Source: Macrostomum lignano
Taxonomy: Eukaryota
DNA length: 64,000 nt
Reading direction: 5' to 3'
NCBI GenBank assembly: GCA_002269645.1
Contig: NIVC01003028.1
Span: forward strand, 7,440 to 71,439
Both the position numbers and the translations under genes were made by a program. The notes under the pieces are model-generated. The model had not been told where the DNA came from. It searched no databases and saw only the letters and a program-made list of their open reading frames with translations. Shown one piece after another: positions 1 through 12,664 of this stretch (the first letter of the stretch is position 1; each line of letters begins with the position of its first letter).

Positions 1-1036
1 GAATTCGCCTACGCCAATTTGTCGGGTGGGTGTTAAGCTGGTGGCTGTTTTTCGTTATATATAGGGGTTAAGTTGAGGCTATGCTAACTTTACCAACTAG
101 TTTCCCGTGTAAAACGTTTCCCGTTTAAGTCATTGCAAACAAATCACAAGTGACTCTAGCGACTCCTGTGACTTTTTAATGACTTTTTAACGGAAAGGCA
201 ACTGTTGAGTCACAAGGGCATCACTTGAGTTGTTGAATCGTAAGAGTCGCAAAAAAATCGTCCAAGATTCGTTGTGTTAGCACTTAACTTTTTACTAACT
301 TTGTAGACTAAATAGAGTTGATATAATTGTGAAATGCGACTTCAATAATTCATAAAGTGATGCAGATGGGGGTATCAGCACCCCCAGAGTCATTGCAGAA
401 ACGCCCCAGTGTCACTTGCAACGCCACAGAGTCGCAGACAATAAAACGTCTCAAATTGACTCTTAGGCGACTCTGACGACTTTTGGCGACTTGCACCGTG
501 ACAGCTCGTCGTTATAGAGTCATCTATTTTACTATTTCCCATTTCCTATATCTTCTCCCATCTCTCATCTGGCCTCTCTCCTCTCATCTTCTCAAGGATA
601 GCAGAATGATTTAGTAATTGACAGCCTAGCGTTTTTTAAGCGGCTGAATTACAGTGCCATTTGGCATTCTGAATTTGGACCAAGGATGCCAGCTGGCATC
701 AGTTTCAAAATTCAGAATCAGATAAAATGCCTACATCTCCACCCTGCCCTTCACACTGTTGAGCCTCTGATCCACAAAATTTTCACAAGTCTACAGACTC
801 CATTTTTTCAGATGACTCAATTTTGACAATTGATAAACATTTGGAAATCTCATGAATCTTAATACTTATAAAAGTATTGATACTTGTCGCCGAAGGCGTT
901 GCGCTAGAGGGTCCACAACCCTAGCCTCTTGCGCATATTTATTTTTCCCTCTCTCGTCGAAGACCAGCTAGACGCTAAGAAACTCAGAAAACGTACTCGC
1001 TTGCACCGTATAACACTTTGTTTCGATTTCCTCCAG

Positions 1037-2573
1037 AGCCAATCGCCTGTTTTGTCATCAACGCTTGCGGTTGCTGATGAGGCAGTCGCCGACACCGACG
1101 CGGTGACTGGCAAGTCCGCTCTGGAAAAACTTCGCTCCGCTTTTGCCTGTTCAAAGTCTCGCTCTACCGGAGCAGCCACGGAGTACGCGCCCGTTGCAAA
1201 GTCGCCATTGACTAAATCTAATTCTGCGCGCTCTCCGCCGAGGAAACGTAAATTTGAAAAACACATTACTTTTTGGCCTTGAAATCCTTTGTCCATATCA
1301 AATAGTTGGCACCGGAAAGTCTCCTCTAAAAGATGCAACACCAGAAAAATGCAAAAATGTCCCTACAAGATTCACCAACGCGAAAATCATCGCTAGAAAA
1401 CTGACAGTAGAAAAATCGCTCCTCGAAGATTCCAAATAGAAAATTCGCCATTTAAACAGTTCCGACGCCACATCATTTGCAGGGCAAAAGTCGCTCGCCG
1501 CCTTCTGGTCACCAGCCAGCATGCGACCAGTTGCTGGCGACGAAGATGGGGACGAAAGTACTGAAACAGTCGAGGCTGCTGGAAATCTCTCGAAGTCGTC
1601 CAAGCTAGACATCCCCCGGATGGTCACGGTTGAAAAGCCAGACAGCAACGACGAAGCAGACGACGAGGCCGCAATCCAGCCGGAGGAGGATTTTGTCTAC
1701 GACGACTGTCCAGAATTTGGCGGCTGCAACGACCCGGCGTTGACCGCCGCCGCCCGGCCTCGAATTGTTTGTCCGTTCCGGCCAGACCGGCTGCTTCAGC
1801 TGTACGAAACAGACGCCGACTGTCGCACGGACGATTCCTTACATGCGCGCTTCCGGGCGCGTATCCGACCGGAAGAGAGCGCCGCCGCCGAAGCCGAGCT
1901 GCGCGCCAGCCTGGATCGCGACGGCCTGCGTCGGCTCCGCCCCATAGGCCAGTTCAACCTGGGCTTCCTGCCCTCCCTGCTGGACTCCAGCGGCGACCTG
2001 TTCCTAGTAGACCAGCACGCGGCCGATGAAAAGTGCCGATTCGAAGCGTTGCAACGCAGCGACGGTTGTCACCTGACCCGACAGCCCTTGGCCGCGCCTA
2101 AACAGCTGCGGCTCACCTTTGCCCAAGAGGAAACTGTCGCGTCCGCCCTGCCCAGATTCTCGGCCGCCAGATTCGATATGGAATTCGATAGCGAAGCACC
2201 TGTTGGTAGTCGATTGAAATTGCTATCTGTGCCGCTCGGACTTGGCAAGTGGAGCTTCGGACTGTCGGATCTCGAGGAGCTCATCGAGCTGGTGTCAACG
2301 GACGGCGACGGCTCCAGCGAAGTGTCTGCCGAGGCGACGCTGCCGCCGCCGCCACTGCTGCTGCCTAGCCGGGTTCGCGCCATGCTGGCTAGCAGGGCCT
2401 GTCGATCAGCCGTTATGATCGGCGACGCTCTTGACGCCAGGCAGCGGGCGAGAATCCTCGCTAGCCTGGCCGAACTGGACCAGCCATGGAATTGTCCGCA
2501 CGGCAGGCCGACTATTCGTCACCTGTTACACGTGCCGGACGCGCTCAAGTCTGTGCCGCTGTATCCGGAATGA
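1037..2573 (+). CDS. PMS2: Mismatch-repair endonuclease PMS2 (MutL family), 3' exons; N-terminal ATPase exons lie upstream of the window
   Basis: ORF 1521-2573 has QFNLGF..DLFLVDQHAADEKCRFE (intact DQHA-x2-E-x4-E endonuclease motif), ASRACRSAVMIG and WNCPHGRPT. The upstream exon starts after ttcctccAG (1036) and encodes SALEKLRSAF, similar to the vertebrate PMS2 linker SRLREAF. A phase-1 GT-AG intron at 1248-1482 joins the frames and removes the TAG at 1437-1439. Confidence 0.93.
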
Positions 2574-3354
2574 TTTTTTAAACTGCATATATCAATATTT
2601 TATTGTTAGACGATTGATGTCATGTCATATGATCTAGCTAGGAAAGATTTCCATTTAGCAGAGCAACGAAATTACCAACTTATTATGTCTTTCCTTATAT
2701 GGATGCGAATATTGAATAGCTGACTGGTGATAGCTAGGTAAAACGTCTTTTTGGGTGGGTTTTCGCAATCAAAAGCAATTAATAAATGAATTTTTGCCTG
2801 TGTACTTTATCCATTTTTTTACTCGTTGAGGGTTTTAATTGTTTTTTTCGATCGGTAAGCTTCTAACTATTGTAAATTAATTTGATTTCTCTGACGTTTC
2901 TCTACTTCAAATTAGTTTTGGTATGGATATGGAGAATTTAATTTTGCCTTTCACTGTGCATTTTAAATTGCTAATTTGAAAGAAAAATGACGCAATGCAC
3001 GAATAGAGTCCAATTGATTAAATATATGGCTGTCGTCATTTGGATGCATCATTCATGAGGCCAAGATGCAATAGCGCTTATTCGTGCAATGGACTCAATT
3101 TAGCCCTGCCAACGTACTAAATGCACGAATGCATTTGAAAAATATTAATTATATTTCATTTGATTGCGCACGCTTTTTGTAGTCTTACACTATGTCCTTT
3201 GACGTCTCTTTTGCTTTCTGCATAACAGAATCTGATGCGTGATAAGGAATAGGAGCTAACGTTAGTATTAATTAAACTGCCTTGTCCCAATTTCTCTGTA
3301 TAACCCATGCTGCTGGATAGGCAGCTTTTATTGATAACTGCGCGCTAGGGTGGG

Positions 3355-3690
3355 TTATCGATTTTCTGGTCGGCCCCTCAACCCCCACTTTAAATCGCTG
3401 TTGTCTGGATTTCGCATGTGCGCATGTGGTGTCTGTTTTCGATTTACTGGTCGGCTCTCAATCCCACCGCTCTTTCCTTTCCCATCGCTAACTCCACAAT
3501 TGTTAAATTTTATTACCGCCTGCACGCGTGTGGTCGGCGTCGGCCTTCGGGTATCGATTTTCTGTGTGCCCCTCAGCCTCCACTTTTTCTAACCCCACTT
3601 TATCACTGTTGGCTAGATTTTACTACCGCCTGTGCGCATGTGGTGACTGGTGTCTGTTATCGGTTTATTGGTCGGCGCTTAACCTATAGT
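3355..3690. repeat. Degenerate ~90-120 bp tandem repeat (about 3.5 units)
   Basis: TATCGATTTTCTGGTCGG-like heads and CGCATGTGGTG-like tails recur. Confidence 0.55.
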
Positions 3691-6600
3691 GCATACGGCT
3701 AACCTGTCCTAGTCACAGATACTAAAATGACTAGATAGGCCACTCAGGCACATAGTAAAACAGCTTTCTGCTTTCAGTTCAGTAGCAAAAAAGAATACAT
3801 AAACTGTTTTATGAAAATAAAGGCAGCAGAAATGACTTTGATAAGTTTAGAAGCCAAGCTTACAAGGAGCGTAAACAACTTGCTAATTGGTTCAGTAATA
3901 ATGTACACTGGCCAGTCCACTGGAATGTACATGGCAGCTTTAGGCTAGAATTTCGGGGAAGGCAATAAAAATTGGGGCGGATAGTGTGGAAAGGCGCGGT
4001 TGGAGGAGGGTTAAAGCTGGGTGTGTAGTGTAAGAGCCATAAATGAGCCTTGGCTTTAAAATACATTAAAATGCTTCTGTCTAACCTACTACTGAACTGA
4101 AAGTAGCTTACACGCAAATGTGCTGAGTGGCCCATCTAGCTATTCTAGTATCTTTGGTCCTACCCCCTTACCGCGCTTATATTCTCCATTACCGTTGTGT
4201 TGACCGGTCAACTTTCATCTATGCGCAATCCAGTTTATTTAGTGGCTTTTGTTGAGACGAGCGATGCAAATGCAAAAAACTATGTGTAAATACATATGCT
4301 TCATTGTGCATTTTGATATTCCGAAAGTTTACTTTCTGCAATTCAGTAGTATTTCTAACTTTTTTCAATTTTTTTCAGACTAAAACCAGCACGATATATG
4401 CTCACATTCTTCATCCTAAGAAACACAAAAAACTTATGACTTTTAGATAAAAATGTATAGCTAATGTTATTTGGTAGATAATGTTTTATCAGTGCTTTGA
4501 TAAGCTTAAAATTTACTTTTGCATAACATTTGCCTTAGGAACATTACAAAATGTTGTTCATTACGAAAACAACATTACGAAAACATTAGCATCTCGTACA
4601 AAATAACAGATTTTCGAGCTGTGTTCTTCGAGATTATCGAGCATTCACGCTCCATAGTTTTAAGTAAGCGAACACAGTCAAATCTTAGGCCCAACTTGCA
4701 TTCTGGGGATGGAACGGCTGAGCCTTGCTCAAGGAAACTCCTAAGTAATCGTAAGATGATACCAAGCAAGCATGAAAGAGTAAGCCCATTTCTCACCTCT
4801 TAGCTAAACACACAAGCCTACCTGTATCGGTACAAATGTGACAGTGGCTTCAATCAGATACTTTTCTTCTCTCTCCTATAGAATAAATAAGGTAGTTTGA
4901 ACACACCTGGGTGGGAAATAGTCAAATACGCAATACGTCATACATATTATAGTATAAAGTACAACTCAGTTTAAACGGATTACCCGCGTACTTTTCTAGT
5001 CAAATAGCAGTTTAAATCAGTGTGCCCTGCCGCGCGCTTGTGTCTTTCCTTCTGTTTTACATTGCTTCATTTTTTACTATTTTGCACCGAGACGGGGTTG
5101 GCCATAAGCAACAAAAGTGCAAATGGATAGCAAATTCCTGGGATTTTTTGATCCCGTGGTCACGGAATTCAGTGCAGTCCCGAAATTTTTAGTCGAGTAT
5201 CAGAAAAGAAGCAGATTTTAAATATTTTCAATAGGAGTTAAATCCTATTCAATTCAATAGGAATACTCGTAGCAAGCCGCGTGAGTTTGCAAACCCTGTG
5301 CTATGGTTAAACCTCATTTTAACTCATAAAAAGGCAAATCTTAAAGTTAAAGCATAACACATTTAGTCTTTAAAAGCTGAAATTTGCTGCGTATTTTTCT
5401 CGATTTGCAAAAGTATAGAGCCTTGAATAAAATGCGAGAATCGAGGATGCAGATCGATATGCGCTATGGTCGTATACTCGTACGTGGGATATTATTTTGT
5501 TATTGCAATATACTGTACAGCCGGTCATATTTAATGCAGCTCTAGTCGACAATGAGTTGGGCGTTCGCTTAGTCGTCACACAGTTGTAGTCTACTATTAA
5601 GCTGTGAGGCAGCTCCCCAATAATTAATAGTACCTGAATTTCAGGATCCTTATTAAAAGAAGAATGCAGTGGTCAAAGCGCGAGTTATTCCTTTACTAAG
5701 AGTAACCTTACGATCGTAGCTCCTAAACCCATGATAGCGAAGAAAAATGACAGGTTGATTGGTTAAACAGCCCATAGTAGCTGTAAGCATGTAGCTAAGT
5801 CTGCACGCAAGCACGGGATAAGGCGACTTCGGAAAAGACTTCATATATCATTTTCTTGCTTCGATATATACTCTTATTGATCTAGTAGAAATGCAGTTCG
5901 TTCGTCTTCTACAGCGTTAATTACCGTTCGAAAGTTGTTGAGCGATCTGCCTCCCTTGACCACCTGCCCGACTGCAGTAAATGCCTAGCTTAATCGTCTA
6001 ATCTGCTGTTTGTGCATTAAGGCTACGCACAGCTTCGAAAGACATGTTCAAGAAGCTATGGAATTAAGCTATACAGTTGGGGGAGTTCTGACAAGACCGG
6101 ATTCAGCCGTTCGTTGCCGGCTTGCAACAAGCAAATTTATGGCGCATATTAAAAGATAGCAATCCAGGGAAGCCATTAATTCCTTAATGAATTAAAACTT
6201 AATTCTTTCTATACAAGTTAACTACGAGATGAGGCCGATATGGTCACCAGCTTATCGATTCTGAGATCCCCTTTTTTAGGAGCGTTTCGCTATCTGTTGG
6301 CATGTACCTATACAGATGGTGATTAGTCAGTAAAGTTTGCAAGGTTCCTTAGATTATGCCGAAATCAAGGCAATACGGTGACCCGCAGCAGTTCGCTGAC
6401 CCCTTAGCACGCACGTGCTCACGCAGGTGTACACGGTACAGCAGTCCTTACTTTTTCATGCATGCACATTGCCCTTGGGTGTTGACCTTAATTAAGAATT
6501 GAACGACCTATTCCAGGCCAATATGATTCCGGTGACGGCTTGTCCGACGTGTTACCGCTGACCTTTGCTCCCAAAGCGGTTGTTAATTAGTAATTGCATC

Positions 6601-8713
6601 ATAAGGCATGAGTTCGTAAAAGGTCATCGTGGCGGCCCGGCTGTAGAGAGGCTTCTCGATGACACTTGTTAATTTCTTTTGCGGGCTATCAGGCGTAGAA
6701 AAAAATAAGAGGCTTGCAGAGACGAGGATGCGAGTATGCAAAGAATTTCACCAAATGCAGCTCTTCTCGGACTTAGTCTTAGATATATTTCTCCATTTAA
6801 TGCAAAGTACGCTTCTAAAAGGAATTTTAGATTCTCTACTTTTCACCCAATTATGGATGGAAATGTAATGTCTCCAGATTTGCAAAGCAACTCGAGTGTT
6901 TTGTGTGGAGTCGAAGGCTACAGAAGCAATTAGCATTAGAGTACATACATGTATGTGTATAAGCCTCAAAGGAGGCAGTATCTATCTACCTATCTATTCC
7001 GAAAGCTTTTTATTATAGCTTGTTTCGGATACAAAAAGGATGGACTGGATAGGAAATTTGTCTGGGATACAGAAAGAAGCTTCCATTAACTCATTATTCT
7101 CACAGGAAAACTAGAATTTCCTTCATTGGAGCTGTTTCCTGAGTGGAATATGATTGTTATTTTTGACCATGGAAGCAAAGCTCTCAGAACAGAAAGAAAA
7201 ACAAAGTTAAGTATTGAGAGTTTTTATTTGTGGAAAATGAATGAGTGCTGTAGCCTCAATCTCAGCATCTCAGTATATTGACGAGGCCCTGAGGCTGGCC
7301 CTTATTTCATGAGAAATTATAATAGTCATGTGATAGCTAGTCATGTGATTTTCGCCTCATTTCTCTCCGTGATGAGTAAAAACGTGACTTTCAATCAATT
7401 ATGTCGGCATTTTGAGATTACAGGCGCAGGTCAGTCAAAAATAATTTTAATCACGACTGGAGGGCGAGAATGGGCAGAGGCAGGGAATCTGTATTTGGTT
7501 TTTTGTTAATTCGTTTTTACTACGAGCCGCAGTTTGCTCCAACTGGTGGCTAAGGCAACAGTATGCTTCAATAAATGTACTTTGCTTAGCTATCACGCTT
7601 TTCTCTGCGTGGCTCTCACTGAAATCAAAACTAGTACGATTGGAAGACTCGCTAACCCTTTGCCGCACGAGTCCCCTGGGGAGGAAGAGAGCAGCGGAGT
7701 CCCGGGAAATCCGGTTCAAAAAAAGGAGACACACTTCATAACTCTAAGAGCCATCATAGTTATAGCGGCGCATGACGAAAGCGGATTAGAAGCCTCTCGC
7801 TAGAGCGGAGTCAATTAAGACGAGTAGACCGTTAATTCGTGTTACATGTACCTCGATGTAATCGACGTATCGTCAAGTATTTAATAGCTAAATAGACTTG
7901 TGTTTATTAACTTCAGTGAGCTTCTGCGACCTGTAGTAGTCGTTGAAAATGCAATTATTGATGGCATAGGACGTTTCTGAACTTATGAAGAAACGAAACA
8001 AGTCGTAGGTTGATTGACAAGTTTACCGAGCTAATTTTTTAATTTTGCAGGCCAAACTTCAGTCTTTCCTATCCCTTTGGTGTACTTTTGATAGACAGAC
8101 TCTTCCCTACTGATTTTTGTCTATGGTAATACTCCGTTTTACAGTATGAAAAACAAAATTTGTGAAAAAATTTGCCACTTCCAAATTTTCAAACTTTTTA
8201 CATCAACTCATGATCAACCCAGACCAAGATGAGAGAGAGGATGAAAGGAGAGATGATAGAATAGATAAGAGAAGAGAGAGGAGAGAGTAGAAAAGAAATG
8301 AGAGGATAGATGAGATGAGAGATAAAAGGAGAGAAGAGTTAAGAAAAGATGAGAGATGAGGAGAGAGAGAAGAAAGCTGTGAAGAGACACAAACCTAGAT
8401 TGAACGGGATTGCTATTGTGAAGTTCCAAAGGACTGAAGGGCCAGATAGACAAGCTTGATACAAAGAAGCAAATGACTCTGAAGAAAGTGCAATTAATAT
8501 ATTCGTCATCATTTATAAATAGGTTGCATAAATGTTGGCTTCCAGCTAAAAATAGTTCGCACGAGCGTATTGCGTTGTTTGCTGTTCGAAAAGAGTTGCA
8601 ATTTCTTGCGCGCATCAAAGTAGCTCGTTAAACCAGGGTCTATTGCTACAATTTAATATAGACACTTTCATGCTCGGCAAGTCTTCTGCCTACATTCTGT
8701 TAGGCATACGGGA

Positions 8714-9677
8714 TTCCCTCCCAGGTGTATATTGGTGTTCCCTCCCAGGTGTATATTGGTGTTCCCTCCCAGGTGTATATTGTTGTTCCCTCCCAGGTGT
8801 ATATTGGTGTTCCCTCCCAGGTGTATATTGGTGTTCCCTCCCAGGTGTATATTGTTGTTCCCTCCCAGGTGTATATTGGTGTTCCCTCCCAGGTGTATAT
8901 TGGTGTTCCCTCCCAGGTGTATATTGTTGTTCCCTCCCAGGTGTATATTGGTGTTCCCTAGCTCCCAAGTGTATATTGGTGTTCCCTCCCAGGTGTATAT
9001 TGGTGTTCCCTAGCTCCCAAGTGTATATTGGTGTTCCCTCCCAGGTGTATATTGGTGTTCCCTCCCAAGTGTATATTGGTGTTCCCTCCCAGGCGTATAT
9101 ATTGGTGTTTCCTCCCAGGTGTATATTGTTGTTCCCTCCCAGGTGTATATTGATGTTCCCTCCCAGGTGTATATTGGTGTTCCCTCCCAGGTGTATATTG
9201 GTGTTCCCTCCCAAGTGTATATTGGTGTTCCCTCCCAGGTGTATATATTGGTGTTCCCTCCCAGGTGTATATTGTTGTTCCCTCCCAGGTGTATATTGAT
9301 GTTCCCTCCCAGGTGTATATTGGTGTTCCCTCCCAGGTGTATATTGGTGTTCCCTCCCAGGTGTATATTGTTGTTCCCTCCCAGGTGTATATTGGTGTTC
9401 CCTCCCAAGTGTATATTGGTGTTCCCTCCCAGGTGTATATTGGTGTTCCCTCCCAGGTGTATATTGGTGTTCCCTCCCAGGTGTATATTGGTGTTCCCTC
9501 CCAGGTGTATATTGGTGTTCCCTCCCAGGTGTATATTGGTGTTCCCTCCCAGGTGTATATTGGTGTTCCCTCCCAGGTGTATATTGGTGTTCTCTCCCAG
9601 GTGTATATTGGTGTTCCCTCCCAGGTGTATATTGGTGTTCGCTCCCAGGGATATGGGATTCCCTCCCAGGTGTATGC
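8714..9677. repeat. 24-bp minisatellite (CCCAGGTGTATATTGGTGTTCCCT)n, ~40 units
   Basis: Direct reading; 8-aa periodic ORFs (YIGVPSQV). Confidence 0.97.
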
Positions 9678-10095
9678 AAACCCAGGTGATTGACTAGAGA
9701 ACCCAGGTGATTGACTAGCAAACCCAGGTGATTGATAGAGAACCCAGGTGATTGATAGAGAACCCAGGTGATTGATAGAGAACCCAGGTGATTGATAGAG
9801 AACCCAGGTGATTGATAGAGAACCCAGGTGATTGATAGAGAACCCAGGTGATTGATAGAGAACCCAGGTGATTGATAGAGAACCCAGGTGATTGATAGAG
9901 AACCCAGGTGATTGATAGAGAACCCAGGTGATTGATAGAGAACCCAGGTGATTGATAGAGAACCCAGGTGATTGATAGAGAACCCAGGTGATTGATAGAG
10001 AACCCAGGTGATTGATAGAGAACCCAGGTGATTGATAGAGAACCCAGGTGATTGATAGAGAACCCAGGTGATTGATAGAGAACCCAGGTGATTGA
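9678..10095. repeat. 20-bp minisatellite (AACCCAGGTGATTGATAGAG)n, ~21 units
   Basis: Exactly three units per 60-nt line. Confidence 0.97.
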
Positions 10096-10734
10096 TTGAT
10101 TTGAGCATGTATTTGTCATGCATCATGATTTTTGTCATGCGCGCTTAATAATGCGTCCCATTTCTGAAATGCCCCCCCCCATGGCATATGCAATCTCCCC
10201 CAGGTCTTGTACGAGGGTATGCGGAATTTCCGACAATGCAAATGGCATGTACTGGAGAACAGGGCTTATAGGGGAGCTATGCTGGAGTTTATCTGAGGCA
10301 CATGTGATTTTCCCAGCTGGTTGGAATTTCCCCTGACGAGCCAGCCGTCTTAGCCAGATTAATTCTCAGAAATTGTCTTCCTGTCTTGAGGAAAATTCTC
10401 CAGTTCGCCAATAAACCAGGCCAGCGGAAAGCGAAAAAGCTGGAGACGAGACGAGACAGCGGAATTCTGGACAGCGGAAAGAATGAGGTCGAGCCGTTGA
10501 TTCTTGAAAAATTGCGAATCCGGCCTTGGACACCTGATGAAGCTTCCGCAGTCTCCATGCCTCATTTCCCTTTTAGCGCCTCTCCTATTCGTCTGGTTAA
10601 TTGTTAGCGCACCTGTTCTCTCCTCAAATTATTAGTTCAGTAAAACCAAGCAACGGAAATTAAGGCGCCCAACAATTTTTTGCGTCAGTTTCGGTGTGTC
10701 ATCACAGACGTTAAAGTTTATGTTAGAAGATGGG

Positions 10735-11167
10735 TGTCAGAGGGCGCCAAGGTCCGGCCCAAAGTATATTATATAGGGCATGAGAGTGAGTGTCAGAAGG
10801 CGCTAAAGTGTATGTCAGTGGGCACCACGGTGTACGTCAGACTCAGAGGCTGTTAAAGTGGATGTCAGACTACACTAAAGTGGATGTCAGAGGGCCCGCT
10901 AAAGTGGATGTCAGAGGGCGCCAAAGTAGATGTCAGAGGGCGCCAAAGTGGGTGTCAGAGGGCCCGCTAAAGTGGATGTCAGAGGGCGCCAAGGTGTACG
11001 TCAGAAGGCGCTAAAGTGGATGTCAGAGGGCCCGCTAAAGTGGATGTCAGAAGGCACCAAAGTGGATGTCAGAGGGCGCCAAAGTGGGTGTCAGAGGGCC
11101 CGCTAAAGTGGATATCAGAGGGCGCCAAAGTGGATGTCAGAGGGCGCCAAAGTGGATGTCAGAGGGC
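10735..11167. repeat. Degenerate 22/24-bp minisatellite (AAAGTGGATGTCAGAGGGCGCC and variant)
   Basis: Recurring GTGGATGTCAGAGGG core. Confidence 0.85.
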
Positions 11168-11761
11168 ATCCTCTGTTAGAGGTGCAAGCGATTCATATAT
11201 ATACTTGAAGTATTACACAGTGCTGGGGCTTCCAAAGTGCGACTGCCTTGGTCCAACTAGTCCGGCTCGTGTTTATATGCGGCTAGGCTGTCTTTTTAGT
11301 CTAACGCGTCCGTATCTATCAATATTTTTCTGCGACGTTTTATTGTAATTTGGCTCCATTTTGTAATTTTGCGTCTACGAGCTATATGGCGCAAACGTAT
11401 GTGCAGCTGCGTATCTTGTTCTTGTGTCTGCTTGTCGGCCTTCAAACCGTTTGTCACGGGATTAACGCCAACTGGTATAGCCGTCTTGGACAGGACAGAA
11501 AGTTCTCGACTGAAAAATGAGCCACAAAGAAATTGTGAGATTCCTACGAGTTCCTGTGTTGTTGGAGCAAGAGTCAATATTGCTCCACTTAGCTGCTCGA
11601 ATTGCTTGCGAGAAATTGCCTTTTGGTGGTACTTAATCCTAAGATTCACTTGACGTACTTTGCTTTACAGTTGATGCCTTGGTCTCTTCTGCTGTTGAAG
11701 TGTAAGGCGGGATTGGGACTTTGTTTTCTTTGATATGCTGCAGCAAGGAAGTGTGCTCGTC

Positions 11762-12160
11762 TCTCCCCCACTCTCTCCCCGCACTCTCACTCTCTCCCCC
11801 ACTCTCTCCCTCACTCTCTCCCTCACTCTCTCCCTCACTTTCTCCCTCACTCTCTCCCTCACTCTCTCCCTCACTCTCTCCCCCACTCTCTCCCTCACTC
11901 TCTCCCTCACTCTCTCCCCCACTCTCTCCCCCCACTCTCACTCTCTCCCCCACTCTCTCCCTCACTCTCTCCCCCACTCTCTATCTACCCCACTCTCCCC
12001 CCTCTACCTCCTCCCACTCTCTCCCCCTCTACCTCCCCCCACTCTCTCCCCCTCAGACTCCCGCCACTCTCTCCCCCACTCTCTCCCCCACTCTGTCTCT
12101 GCCACTCTGTCTCGCCACTCTGTCTCCCCCACTCTCTCCCCCACTCTCTCTCCTGCACTC
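11762..12160. repeat. CT-rich 12-bp repeat (CTCTCTCCCTCA)n and decayed flank
   Basis: Direct reading. Confidence 0.85.
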
Positions 12161-12664
12161 AGACTCTCCTAATTCCAATCTCTGTATCTGACTAACCCGT
12201 TTCCTCTTATAGCATTGTTTGCTTTCAACAGCCCCCCCTCTACGATTCCCTTCCACCTGAATGCCATTCTCTCTCCAGGATATTTTCCAGAAAGAGTCAT
12301 CAGTTTCCAGCTCTTTTATTTCAATAACTCCTCAGCAGTCAGTTTGCGGGGATGAATTCCGCTTTGATCAACTCTGCTCCCTGGCAAAAAGTCTGCTTGT
12401 GGGGACGCAAAGCTTCCCCTCCGTTTCTTTTCAAAGCCAGTCAGATTAGCTAAAAAATTCAAGGCTAAATCTACGAGACTAATACAGTCATATAAGTATA
12501 GAAAGACTGCAACTAATTAACTGGGAATTGATATTCCATACTGGTTGCAGCACCGCTGGCACAGGACTGCTATGTGTGCATCACTTTTTTCTTATTCTTA
12601 TAAACTTATTTTTCTGATTGTAGAGGTTAAATCTTAATTAAGGATCTGCAAGTGGGAGCCGAGT

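Noticed and set aside
3700-8200. Short ORFs in the AT-rich stretch (possible transposon remnants)
   Set aside because: No recognisable motifs, termini or target-site duplications.
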